Sequence record: NC_041917.1
DNA: 64,000 nucleotides
Reading direction: 5' to 3' (one strand)
The notes under the pieces are model-generated. The model saw only the letters and a program-made list of their open reading frames with translations, did not search any database and was not told where the DNA came from. The position numbers and the translations under genes are program-made. Of this stretch, positions 33,740 to 43,650 are shown piece by piece (the stretch's first letter is position 1; each line of letters starts with the position of its first letter).

Positions 33740-34081
33740 ATGGCTCTATTCAAAAAAGGAGATGAGGTTTGTTTTGTATATGAAAAACAGATACTTGCCG
33801 GAATCGTAAAAACTATTGGTTTATTGATTGGTATTAAAGTACAATCAGGTGAAATACTGTACGCATCAGAACAGTACGTTGCACCAATAGATGCAAAATT
33901 TTGTGTAGTTGAAACAGATCCAGAATATTCTAATTATTCTAAGATTCGTTTAGATTACACTACTTATACCACAAGAAACAAAACATGGAATAATTGGCGT
34001 AATCAATCCTCTTGGATAAAAGAATCATTTGATCCAGTTGAACTATGTTTAAAAACAACTGTCTATGGACTGGAGATATAA
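33740..34081 (+). CDS. hypothetical protein
   Basis: GGGG RBS. Confidence 0.7.
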   Translation: MALFKKGDEVCFVYEKQILAGIVKTIGLLIGIKVQSGEILYASEQYVAPIDAKFCVVETDPEYSNYSKIRLDYTTYTTRNKTWNNWRNQSSWIKESFDPVELCLKTTVYGLEI

Positions 34082-34353
34082 TGGTTTACATTTTTAGCAT
34101 TAACTTAACACCAGATGATGACTACTATGATTTTCTTGTAAGTATTGTCCAAGAAGATTATTTCAAAGAACATGGCTGTCTAAATGATAATCATCTTGAG
34201 GATGAACTGTTTGATAGTATCCCTGATTTTTATGAAATCATGGAAAGTGTTTTTGAAACTGAATTATCATTATCTTCCGCACGTTCTGCATTAATTAGTG
34301 CAGGGTTAATTGAAAGTACTGAACTTCATTCATTTATTGAATCATGTAAGTAA
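34081..34353 (+). CDS. acidic hypothetical protein
   Basis: GGAG RBS. Confidence 0.7.
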   Translation: MVYIFSINLTPDDDYYDFLVSIVQEDYFKEHGCLNDNHLEDELFDSIPDFYEIMESVFETELSLSSARSALISAGLIESTELHSFIESCK

Positions 34354-34363
34354 GGGGTTATAT

Positions 34364-34909
34364 ATGTCTTTTAAAACTGGTCAGTGGATTGTATTAAAAG
34401 ATCCTGATAATTTCAGCAAAGCTCACGGACAGAATGAAGAAATTGCTCGTGCTATTAATGGAGAAGCTATCAAAATTACGGTTATGGATCGTGATGGAGA
34501 TGTACGCCGTTTTGTTAATGCTGATGGTAATCAGTTTGATATGGGACTATATCGTGCTGAACTTGAACGTTTTTTTGAACCGTTCGACAAGACTGAAGTA
34601 TTTGGTAAGTTTAAATTGATTATTACTTATATTGAGAATGGTAAAACACTGGAAGAAGAAGGTGTTACGAACATTGAACTTACACATGATACAGTATCTT
34701 ACAAATACAACCGTAAGAAAATGGGATTTTTAACCTATAAAGGTGAAGTTTCATTGAAGATCGATGAACTGAAGCAAATCACAGTCAGTACTCCAGCATC
34801 TGAACGTGTGTTTCACATCGAAAATGGTGTTGTAATTCGTGAGCATATCATGTATGATAATAATCGTAAGTTTAAGAAATTCTCATTAAGGAGTAAAGGT
34901 GACAACTAA
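34364..34909 (+). CDS. hypothetical protein
   Basis: AAGGGG RBS. Confidence 0.75.
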   Translation: MSFKTGQWIVLKDPDNFSKAHGQNEEIARAINGEAIKITVMDRDGDVRRFVNADGNQFDMGLYRAELERFFEPFDKTEVFGKFKLIITYIENGKTLEEEGVTNIELTHDTVSYKYNRKKMGFLTYKGEVSLKIDELKQITVSTPASERVFHIENGVVIREHIMYDNNRKFKKFSLRSKGDN

Positions 34910-35043
34910 TTCATGGTGGGTTCGTTTTAAGAAAAAAATGAATGAACCTGTAACAATGTATCATTTTCATATAGCTATGGCATTCCTTATAGGGTACTTC
35001 GCAGCTACTATGGTCATGATAATTTTAATGGTTGGACGTTAAT

Positions 35044-35361
35044 ATGAGCAAATTCTTTGTTGTTCGGGTACAAACTAATTCTGATTATAACCATATCCGC
35101 ATGGATAAATGGAATACGCCAGTACGAACCAATATATTTTCGGAATGTACTAATTTTGAAAGCAAAGAATCTGCTCTAGAAATGATAGAGAAGTTCATGC
35201 TGGTTAGTACTTTCTATCCTCATGAAGTACTATGTTGTGATTTAGAAAATAATCCACCAGTATCTGTGGTGGCGACTTGTACATTTGTTAAGAAAAAAAA
35301 TGGTAAATTCGGATTACACGTACAGGATTTAACTGTTGGGGCAAGCCATCGATCAAGCTAA
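35044..35361 (+). CDS. hypothetical protein
   Basis: ORF track. Confidence 0.6.
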   Translation: MSKFFVVRVQTNSDYNHIRMDKWNTPVRTNIFSECTNFESKESALEMIEKFMLVSTFYPHEVLCCDLENNPPVSVVATCTFVKKKNGKFGLHVQDLTVGASHRSS

Positions 35362-35440
35362 AAAATGTTTAAAATGGATTGACAACAATGGAATTCAATG
35401 ATATAGTACTTGTCATAATTTGCTTATTAAGAGGTTTAAT

Positions 35441-35851
35441 ATGGCATCAGCTTTAATCAATAAACTTTCTGAAAAAAATAAGTACGATGAACTCGATCCA
35501 CGATTAAATCGTATCATGTTTTTAATCGATATTTTCAAAGAACGTGAAGAAAAGTATCGTGAAGTTATTAAAGTTCGTAAAAATCAAGAACGTGCGTTTG
35601 AATTAAGTAATTCTAAACGGCAAAATTATTCAGTAGTTTATACTGAACATACCGTTTTCGGTCGTACTATGAAGTTATGTGATAGTACTGAGGGTGATTT
35701 GGAATATAAACTGATTGAATTTGGTCGTAAGATTTCAAAGATCATCAGTGCTACACCGGAAATGGTTCAAAATGAAAAGGTTGCAAGCTTCCTTTATAAT
35801 ATGGAATTCAAGTCAAACGAATATAAAAACAAGCATCAATATGATCATTAA
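35441..35851 (+). CDS. hypothetical protein
   Basis: GAGG RBS; promoter upstream. Confidence 0.7.
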   Translation: MASALINKLSEKNKYDELDPRLNRIMFLIDIFKEREEKYREVIKVRKNQERAFELSNSKRQNYSVVYTEHTVFGRTMKLCDSTEGDLEYKLIEFGRKISKIISATPEMVQNEKVASFLYNMEFKSNEYKNKHQYDH

Positions 35852-35958
35852 ATAAAAAAAAGACTTGACACCACCGTTCATTATGATATACTGAACAGGC
35901 TAAGAAGGAAGTTCACCACGAAGCCATACCGAGGCTTCAAAATAAAATAAAATAGTAC

Positions 35959-35987
35959 TTGACAGACGAAACGCTAGATGGTACTAT
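35959..35987 (+). promoter_or_regulatory. sigma70-type promoter upstream of large RNA candidate
   Basis: TTGACA-N17-TACTAT with TGG extended -10. Confidence 0.7.
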
Positions 35988-36089
35988 GTAGTCTCTAAAG
36001 AAGACATACGATTAACTAGAAAGAGGATTGAACGCAAATGTAACAGTTTAACTATAATCTTTTATAATATAACCTAGTCGAATCTAAAA

Positions 36090-36945
36090 AATTTATTCAG
36101 CAGTAACAGTTGCAGGGTGGAATGTCTCTACTCTGACAAACAATGAGGGATACGATCATGAAGTAATTTAAACACTTTAAACATCGATCTTAAATATTGC
36201 CTGAGTTAAAGTGCAGTACGGGACGGCGATAAGCAAAGTTGCCTTCTACTATGATCTGCATGACTACATTGCAAATGAACGTGTATCCATTGAAATGGTA
36301 CAAGTGGAGAGGAAACCGATTCACGTGGTACAACCAGTAATCGGCAGAGAATCGTTGAAGCTGTTCATGTTGACTTCGCCATTCAAAGTAATGGCAAGCT
36401 ACTTAGTACTGGAAGTGTATATTTTGTCGTATCATCACATTATAGGGGACATGAAGCCCGTATAATGGGGGTTACGCGGGGATTGCCAGCAGGATTAAGT
36501 AGACAATATGAGGGAAACACGACTAACTGAACACGGTTAGATGAAGTCAATGAAGTGACTTTCCCCTGATACGTAAGTTGATACGTCAGTGGGTTCCGGT
36601 AGACGCAGGCCGGAGAGTGTTTCAAACAAGTGCAAGTTGTACAGCGTAGGTACAACACCCTTTCGAGGGAAGCTGTGAGAAGCGGCACTTGTCGAACATC
36701 CCGAACGATGTTCACACAAAGACTTGCAGTACTACGAAGTTTAATGCTATAATCAGTTCGGTGAGGACTAGCATTAAGCGATTTCAACGCCCCTACGGTA
36801 CGTACCATAATGTCGTACCTGTTCTGTGGCAGAGCATAGCCGACTAGCTTAGAACTAGATGCTCAATTACCCACAAGGGTCAACCCAAGTGAGGTAAAGA
36901 TGTTTCGGATGCAGTACAAATCGGTGGTGGAAACACCACCAACTT
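36090..36945 (+). ncRNA. candidate large structured ncRNA (~850 nt)
   Basis: No credible gene; visibly G+C-richer; nested hairpins with UUCG/GAAA-type loops; boundaries approximate. Confidence 0.6.
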
Positions 36946-36965
36946 TTAAATTAGAGGATATTATC

Positions 36966-37115
36966 ATGAAAGAATATATTGTAGAGTACTTTTTACCAAA
37001 AAGTTCAATTCCTTTAGCAACTCGTCAATTCGCACATTCCGAAGCAAATGCACGAAGTGCAGCTAAAGCAGAAAAGGGACAGGATATAATTATTCGTAGT
37101 ACCCGCCTTGCATAA
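36966..37115 (+). CDS. small hypothetical protein
   Basis: GAGGA RBS; terminator 37141-37167. Confidence 0.6.
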   Translation: MKEYIVEYFLPKSSIPLATRQFAHSEANARSAAKAEKGQDIIIRSTRLA

Positions 37116-37210
37116 TAACTATTAAGTAAGTAAAATTGAGAAAAAGCCAGTTAACGCTGGCTTTTTCTGTTGGATAAAATCAATTGTTGTAATTTTGTAC
37201 GGAGAAAAAT

Positions 37211-38203
37211 GTGAGCATCAAAAAGCTAAACTTAGATGAAATTCAGGATGAGATTCTAGATGAGTGTTTTAACAGTGAAGATAAAACACTTGACTCGTTA
37301 GTTGTCGATGAAGATGATTTCGAAGTAGAAAGTACTGAAGAAGTTATCGATACTGGTCTAACTATGGATAAGATTAAATCCAAAGTAAAAACAGAGCAGT
37401 ACATCAGTAATGAAGTTTTAGTTCGTAATGTACAGAATAATATTGATGTTGAACGTTCAAAAGAACTTCTAATCATGTTCAACAGTGGTTTAGTGTATAA
37501 CGAAGCAAAGAACTGTACTTGTAACATTCCGTTCCAAGATAAAGTACAATACGGTTTTGAAGGATTAATGAAAGCTATCTATGGTTTCAATACAAACTTC
37601 AAAACAATGTTCAGTACTTATGCAACTACCGCGATCCGTCAACATATGTACCGAAACGGAAACAACGATGTGCGTATGGTAGCGTTACCAGAGCATCTAT
37701 CAATGCACAATATTCGCATCCAGAGCTTCATTGAGAAGACCATGCAGGACAGTACTGGCTACCCTACGCACGAACAGATCTCAGAGGGTACGGGCATTGA
37801 CATTCGTTCAGTGAAGCGTATAATGAACTACAACAGCAACACATTCAGCATCGACACCCCAATGAATCGCGGTGGGGATGAAGGGTCACAACAGACTCTA
37901 AAAGATATGATTCCTGGTGAAAGTGGGGATTACATCGTAGATGAACGTTGTGTAAGTAAAGACTTCCTAAGCACAATGGAAGATATTATGAATGAACTAG
38001 AAGAACATGAACGTGTATTGTTAGGTTTAGTTCATGGTTTAGATGGTTATCGTATTCATACATTTGATGAAATTATTAGTACTGGATATATCGACAGTAC
38101 TGGTAAGTATGTTTCATCTAAAGCAACATTATCTCGCCGTTATAGTGCTGTGATGGATAAAGTACGCCGCATTGTTGAACGTAAACAAATCAGTTTTGAC
38201 TAA
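37211..38203 (+). CDS. sigma-70 family RNA polymerase sigma factor
   Basis: Region 2 GLMKAIYGFN..FSTYATTAIRQ, ..VALPEH, region 3 PTHEQISEGTG, SIDTP. Confidence 0.85.
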   Translation: MSIKKLNLDEIQDEILDECFNSEDKTLDSLVVDEDDFEVESTEEVIDTGLTMDKIKSKVKTEQYISNEVLVRNVQNNIDVERSKELLIMFNSGLVYNEAKNCTCNIPFQDKVQYGFEGLMKAIYGFNTNFKTMFSTYATTAIRQHMYRNGNNDVRMVALPEHLSMHNIRIQSFIEKTMQDSTGYPTHEQISEGTGIDIRSVKRIMNYNSNTFSIDTPMNRGGDEGSQQTLKDMIPGESGDYIVDERCVSKDFLSTMEDIMNELEEHERVLLGLVHGLDGYRIHTFDEIISTGYIDSTGKYVSSKATLSRRYSAVMDKVRRIVERKQISFD

Positions 38204-38215
38204 GAGAGGTTATGC

Positions 38216-38653
38216 ATGTTTTTAGATTGTCCTGATATTCTTTCAGATAAAATGATTGACAATAATGAATTAGTTCATATTGTAATTAAACAAAAACGAA
38301 ATCGTAAGTTGCCACAAGAACAACGAAGTGTTTTGACTAAAGCATATAGCCGTTATGTTAAAAAATTACATAAACGTCAGGCTGAAGTACTGAAGAAAAA
38401 AGAACAAAGTAAGGCACAAAAGTATAATTCTGCACGTCCACACGGTTTTCGTTATCGTTCTGCAAAAGAAATTTCAGAATTGATGATTAAAAATCCGGTA
38501 GTACTGGCTAAAGCAAAAACTTATCTAAGTAAGAAAGTTCGTTCTCGTGCTACAAACACATTTTTGCAAAAAATGGATTCAGCCTTAGCATTATATTGTG
38601 CAAAAACTGGTGATGTAAAAATCAAATATAAGTTGGATATTCTAAATCCATAA
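38216..38653 (+). CDS. basic hypothetical protein
   Basis: GAGG RBS. Confidence 0.7.
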   Translation: MFLDCPDILSDKMIDNNELVHIVIKQKRNRKLPQEQRSVLTKAYSRYVKKLHKRQAEVLKKKEQSKAQKYNSARPHGFRYRSAKEISELMIKNPVVLAKAKTYLSKKVRSRATNTFLQKMDSALALYCAKTGDVKIKYKLDILNP

Positions 38654-38664
38654 GGGTTATAATA

Positions 38665-39351
38665 ATGTCACATAAAGATAAACGTTCTGTAAGTACTGAT
38701 GCGTTAGATACGCTTGGTACTATTCATACACGCGATGAACATCGTGATGCAATCCATCTTGGAGTAGAACCAGTTATTGCTGGTGAAGATATTGCAGTTG
38801 GTGCTAATATTGGTATTGGGACTGATGGTAAAGCATATGCTACTGATTTCCGTTCAGATATTAAAGCTGTAGGTATTTCCGATCCATTCCTACGCAATCG
38901 TATCAATGAAGGAGAAAGTTTCTGGTTAGTTGTATATCCACGTAAGATTACATCACTTCGTCATGTGTGGTCACATCCAGACTTTGATTCAGATGAACCA
39001 GTACTAGATATTTCTTCACTAAGTTCAGAAGAAATTATGGCTGAAGTACAAAAACGTTTAGTACAATCATCTGCTGCACCAGAACTCGATGAAAGTCTTC
39101 GTATTGCGGAAGCATTTACATGGATTGACAATTATGCCGACAACTTAGGCTTAAATGTTGAGGAACTAATTGATTATGCTGATTCATGGGTGAACTCTCA
39201 AAAACGTGGAAGTTTTGGTGAGTACTTATGTAAAGGTGGATTACTAGAAGGTGAATGGGTATCTGATGAGTTTTGGGATAACTATGATATATATCGTAGT
39301 ACTAAAACTTTAGATGAACATCGTGGTTCCTTCTTTACATGTTCATGTTAA
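38665..39351 (+). CDS. conserved phage hypothetical protein
   Basis: GISDPFL..FWLVVYPRKITSLRHVWSHP. Confidence 0.75.
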   Translation: MSHKDKRSVSTDALDTLGTIHTRDEHRDAIHLGVEPVIAGEDIAVGANIGIGTDGKAYATDFRSDIKAVGISDPFLRNRINEGESFWLVVYPRKITSLRHVWSHPDFDSDEPVLDISSLSSEEIMAEVQKRLVQSSAAPELDESLRIAEAFTWIDNYADNLGLNVEELIDYADSWVNSQKRGSFGEYLCKGGLLEGEWVSDEFWDNYDIYRSTKTLDEHRGSFFTCSC

Positions 39352-39549
39352 AGGTATAATATGAATAAAACATTATCTCCAGTATCAAAGATAATTGATT
39401 TACACTTGATGCCAGTTAAGAACTTGAATCAAGGAACCGGTAAGTTAGGTTTAGAGAATCACAAAACTGAAACTATCATTGATACTACCAAAATGACTTC
39501 TGATGAAAAGAATGAATATCTGAAGAAGTTTAATAAGTGAGGCAATAAT

Positions 39550-39768
39550 ATGAAAATCTTTATTGCATTCATTGTATGTGTAATTTTAATATTCAGCATT
39601 TTGATTACAGTAATAGATCATAAACCAAAAATTACAGCATACGAATCTCAAGAAAGTACTGAACAAAAGAAAGAAGATGAAGATGATTGTACCTATACGA
39701 TGTGTAATTCATTCGGTGGTGGTATTGCTGGTGATACACTAGCAATCGGATTTATGTTTGGAGAGTGA
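39550..39768 (+). CDS. membrane-anchored protein
   Basis: N-terminal TM. Confidence 0.65.
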   Translation: MKIFIAFIVCVILIFSILITVIDHKPKITAYESQESTEQKKEDEDDCTYTMCNSFGGGIAGDTLAIGFMFGE

Positions 39769-39771
39769 TAA

Positions 39772-40062
39772 ATGAATATTCAAGAATTGGCTAATAGTTA
39801 TACAAATCATTTAAAGTTACTAAATGACAATAATTTTCATATTGATGCCGAAGTTCTAGATAATATGAATATAGTAATTATTGGTGATTATGAATTTCAT
39901 GATATAGGTTTTATTGGTGCATCTACAAACCGTAGGAACTTATTTGAAACAGTTAAATTAGCAATTAAGTTTTATGAAGATATTGTTAGTTATAAAAGTC
40001 CAGTTGGTCCATTTTTCGGTGAAAGTGGCTATTCAATAATTGCTTATTATCGTCCACGATAA
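39772..40062 (+). CDS. hypothetical protein
   Basis: GGAG RBS. Confidence 0.65.
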   Translation: MNIQELANSYTNHLKLLNDNNFHIDAEVLDNMNIVIIGDYEFHDIGFIGASTNRRNLFETVKLAIKFYEDIVSYKSPVGPFFGESGYSIIAYYRPR

Positions 40063-40136
40063 TATTAAAAAAGGGTTGACTTCGGTCAGCCCTTTTTGCT
40101 ATACTCTATGCATCGACAATACAAAGAGATAATATT

Positions 40137-40526
40137 ATGAAAACTATTTATCACTCAGATTCTGTATTAAAAGTCAGTGCAGTACTAAATGGTTTTACAA
40201 AAATGATCCCACAAGAAACGATCACAGAAATGTCTTCGGCTGTGGGTGTTTTAATTGAGGCTAATGCAAAACGGAATGATTCCGATAAAGATTATAACTA
40301 TTTTACATCTATGGTTGAAACATACTTACGGGATTATCACAAAATAACACCGGAAGCATTTATTTGGTTCATTAGGAATGTTACAGATAATGAAATTTTG
40401 ATACGTTATGCTGATGTTCCTTACTTCCGTGATATTGTTTTTATGTATGGTCCACTTCTTCGGGCTGCACGTTGTGTTAATAAAGAAGAAGTTGATAGCT
40501 ATATTATGGGAGTACTTGAAGCATGA
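40137..40526 (+). CDS. hypothetical protein
   Basis: promoter at 40076. Confidence 0.7.
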   Translation: MKTIYHSDSVLKVSAVLNGFTKMIPQETITEMSSAVGVLIEANAKRNDSDKDYNYFTSMVETYLRDYHKITPEAFIWFIRNVTDNEILIRYADVPYFRDIVFMYGPLLRAARCVNKEEVDSYIMGVLEA

Positions 40527-40783
40527 CTATCATTTATCAATATGCAATTGTAGACACAATAACTGAAGAAGTTATTGGTAAGTATACTCGTCCATTTGCA
40601 CCACCAAAAATGCAGAATATTCCTTATGTGTTAATGGTAACAAATTCACATAATACATCATATGTTGAAGGTACTGCATTTCTTTCTAAGGCTGTTAAAT
40701 TTTGGAATGTTGTATCTGATCCGTTGTACAGTACAACTCCAGAACAAAATCGCACATCATTAAAGTTGGAAGGGTTCATCTAA
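40523..40783 (+). CDS. hypothetical protein
   Basis: coupled ORF. Confidence 0.65.
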   Translation: MTIIYQYAIVDTITEEVIGKYTRPFAPPKMQNIPYVLMVTNSHNTSYVEGTAFLSKAVKFWNVVSDPLYSTTPEQNRTSLKLEGFI

Positions 40784-41043
40784 TGGCAATTGGATTTGGT
40801 TCTTGTGATAATTTTCAGGAAACAATTCAGGCTACAGTAGATAATGGTATTGACTTTGCTCGTGCACAATTACCTACTGGTGAATCTGAAGAATTCTGCT
40901 TAGAATGTGGAAATGAAATACCTGAAAAGCGTCGATTGATTCTTAAAGGTGTAAAGTACTGTGTGAACTGTCAAAGTACTAAAGATACTAAGATTAGTTC
41001 TATGTATAATCGTCGTGGATCTAAGGATTCACAGTTGAGGTAA
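40783..41043 (+). CDS. DksA/TraR family C4 zinc-finger protein
   Basis: CLECGNEIPEKRRLILKGVKYCVNCQ. Confidence 0.85.
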   Translation: MAIGFGSCDNFQETIQATVDNGIDFARAQLPTGESEEFCLECGNEIPEKRRLILKGVKYCVNCQSTKDTKISSMYNRRGSKDSQLR

Positions 41044-41045
41044 CT

Positions 41046-41318
41046 ATGGCACATTTAGATAAAAGCAAACTTATCACAAGTCCAATGGATGTATGGGAGT
41101 TCGAATACAATGGTAGGACTTTCTATCGTAGTTCAAAACTTCGTCAGTTTCTTAATGAAATGTTCGGTTCAACATTAGTAGCTGTATTCTGTACAGATAA
41201 AAATCCGAGTACCATTCAGGGATTAGATTGGAGTGGTGAGGATATTGTAACGGTAACAGCTAATGGTATTGTAACCCATCTTATTAATTCAGAGTGGGCA
41301 CATTTTACTAAACTATAA
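41046..41318 (+). CDS. hypothetical protein
   Basis: GAGG RBS. Confidence 0.7.
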   Translation: MAHLDKSKLITSPMDVWEFEYNGRTFYRSSKLRQFLNEMFGSTLVAVFCTDKNPSTIQGLDWSGEDIVTVTANGIVTHLINSEWAHFTKL

Positions 41319-41329
41319 TCGGAGTAAGT

Positions 41330-41650
41330 ATGTTAGAAGGTTTCACTAAAGTTGGCTTTTGTCCTACGGTACTACCAAATGAAAGTGGTGCATATAATGT
41401 AGTCATTATATCACGTGACGGGCTTCCTGTTATTCGTGTAATGTACTTTGATAAAGATGCAGCAGATCGTTTTGAACGTGAACGTCAATGGATTTATGTT
41501 GAAATTTCAGAGTATGGCTACTTCGATTATCATCGTCAAAATGGCGAATTCATTCATGCGTGGAAGAAAATTGAAGGTGTTAATCTTCAAATTATTCCTG
41601 AAGAAATTAAAATTTCAATAGACGGTTTAAAAACTGACGAAGACGAATGA
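41330..41650 (+). CDS. hypothetical protein
   Basis: GGAG RBS. Confidence 0.7.
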   Translation: MLEGFTKVGFCPTVLPNESGAYNVVIISRDGLPVIRVMYFDKDAADRFERERQWIYVEISEYGYFDYHRQNGEFIHAWKKIEGVNLQIIPEEIKISIDGLKTDEDE

Positions 41651-41659
41651 GGTATTATA

Positions 41660-42142
41660 ATGAAAGAAGGTCAATCTAATTCTATTCAACAATCAAAAGA
41701 ATTGTTTGAAAGTGCTCGTTCTGGAAATGTTATGCATCTAGAGCTAGGAAAGTACTTGTTCAACAATATGAACTCAGTTTCTTTTGGTAAGGATAGTGGT
41801 TGGTTCAATGGTGCTGGAACTGATGATCTAGAATATATAGATGCATTTATTGCGTTACGTGATGAATATTCAGATTTATATTCAGATTATAAAGTACATC
41901 CAGATTCTGTAAAATTTTTCAAATGTACAATCCGACCGTCTTATTCACATGATTTAACGTTGGACATTATGGATCATTGTGATTTCAGTACTGAAATGGG
42001 TGACACCATTTTAGGTATGATAAAGAACTATTATAATATTTTGAATAAGACTTCGCGTGAAGAACTTACTAAAGATGAAGTTCAAAACATAGATGCTATT
42101 CTTAATAAAATAGATGAAACCGAGAAGAAAATTCTGGTATAA
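41660..42142 (+). CDS. hypothetical protein
   Basis: GAGG RBS. Confidence 0.7.
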   Translation: MKEGQSNSIQQSKELFESARSGNVMHLELGKYLFNNMNSVSFGKDSGWFNGAGTDDLEYIDAFIALRDEYSDLYSDYKVHPDSVKFFKCTIRPSYSHDLTLDIMDHCDFSTEMGDTILGMIKNYYNILNKTSREELTKDEVQNIDAILNKIDETEKKILV

Positions 42143-42149
42143 TCTATAT

Positions 42150-42620
42150 GTAAAATTCTGTTTGATAGGGGCTTAGATGCCCCTAAAGTTGTTTTTATCC
42201 TGATGTTATCGAAAAGTAGATACCAGTTGAGAAGTTCAAGCAGTTCGAAGTGCAGAAGAAACCCGATAGGTGAAGGCATAGTTTGTACCTCCCTCGGCAA
42301 TGCGGCACTATAAAGAAGTACATCTAATCGTTATTAGTACTTCCTAGATAGACATATAAGATGCACCTTACCAAATACGATAAGGGAGATTATGCATCGA
42401 ATTTGTACAATATAGATCCGTCCAGAATTTGATGTTATAATCAAGTACTAGGATTGATTGTATAGTCCAAGTATTAAGTGAGCTAAAACCTCGACCGTTG
42501 TTAGAACTGAAATAGGAAGAAACAGAATAACCCGCTTCCGTACTGTAAAAGTAATTTTCAATACAATATTGCCGACGACTATCATCGTCAGATTTCATTC
42601 CCCTGCGGGGGGATGAAATT
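42150..42620 (+). ncRNA. candidate structured ncRNA (~470 nt)
   Basis: Follows a TGAAAC-type RNA-gene promoter; CTGTTTGA/TCAAGCAG and AGGGGC/GCCCCT stems; 12-bp terminal hairpin. Confidence 0.45.
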
Positions 42621-42786
42621 GCCTCAACAAATCTCGTCAGTACAATAGTATTGAACGTACATTTAGAAATTGATTTTCTGTGAACGAAGTGAAAGAAAAT
42701 CCTTGACTTGCTTCAGCAAGGCGAGTAAAATATCTCGTATTGAAGCAGTGAACCGTTTTATAATATTAACCAATGAGGTAATTCAG

Positions 42787-43581
42787 ATGGGCGACATTTA
42801 TTTCAAATTAGCAAAAGAAGATGTAACTGGTGACAAATTACGTAAAATGGATTTGACTGATATGGATCGTCGTGATCGTGAAGACCTGTGTGAAATTCCT
42901 GGTGTACGTGAAGAACTTATTGCTATTAATATTCCAAGCCGTCTGCAAGAAACATTGCATCGCCAGAAACACCTTTCAGTAGATGAATGTATTTCTATCC
43001 TGCGTAATAGTGATCGTGTATGGGATAGTATTAGTACTATGCACCTTGATTATCCAGCAGAGGCATTGATGGAATTGGGTAACAAACTTGATTTGTACTG
43101 CATTGAGAATCAGAAAAACATCACACCAGAATTCGTGAATAAGTTCGGTTCAAAAATGGATATTTCTACATTCATTCGTATCCGTGAGGAACGTGGTGAT
43201 ATTGCAGATTTTCTTCAATGTGCACCAGTTATGAAAGTTGGGATTCAAGGTCGTATCCGCTGGACATATTCAAAAGAAATGGCACGTAACGTTATGTTGC
43301 AGTACGCACCTAATCGTGTAGAACAAATTGATGCTGCACTTGATGAAGTCTACAGTACTATCATCAACAAAGAAACGTTGACTCGCAATTATGATATTGG
43401 TGGTTCACATAGTACTACTGATATTATGCGTTTCTTCAATCGTCACTACAACGAAGATAGTACTTTTACATGGGATGCTTTTGTAGAAAAATCCAAAGAC
43501 ATTGATGTTTCAGCATTGGCTGATGTATTCTGGTCAGATTTCTTACTGCCAAAATTGACTCAAGCACTCACTGCTGAATAA
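42787..43581 (+). CDS. helical repeat protein
   Basis: IENQKNITPEFVNKF repeat shared with the next genes. Confidence 0.75.
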   Translation: MGDIYFKLAKEDVTGDKLRKMDLTDMDRRDREDLCEIPGVREELIAINIPSRLQETLHRQKHLSVDECISILRNSDRVWDSISTMHLDYPAEALMELGNKLDLYCIENQKNITPEFVNKFGSKMDISTFIRIREERGDIADFLQCAPVMKVGIQGRIRWTYSKEMARNVMLQYAPNRVEQIDAALDEVYSTIINKETLTRNYDIGGSHSTTDIMRFFNRHYNEDSTFTWDAFVEKSKDIDVSALADVFWSDFLLPKLTQALTAE

Positions 43582-43650
43582 AAACCCCTTGACATGGCAC
43601 GGTCACCGTGCCATAATGTATGTACTTTAAATGAACAGGACATAAAAATT

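Noticed and set aside
36305-36330. RNase P RNA (GAGGAAA segment)
   Set aside because: GAGGAAAGUCC and the 3' P4 partner are not present.
36211-36808. ORFs 36211..36465, 36440..36808 and 36537..36719
   Set aside because: Non-ATG or RBS-less starts, atypical composition, mutual overlap; better explained by a structured RNA.
42167-42184. tmRNA 5' end (GGGGC)
   Set aside because: GGGGC pairs locally as a hairpin, and no T-arm/UCCACCA end or tag ORF was found.
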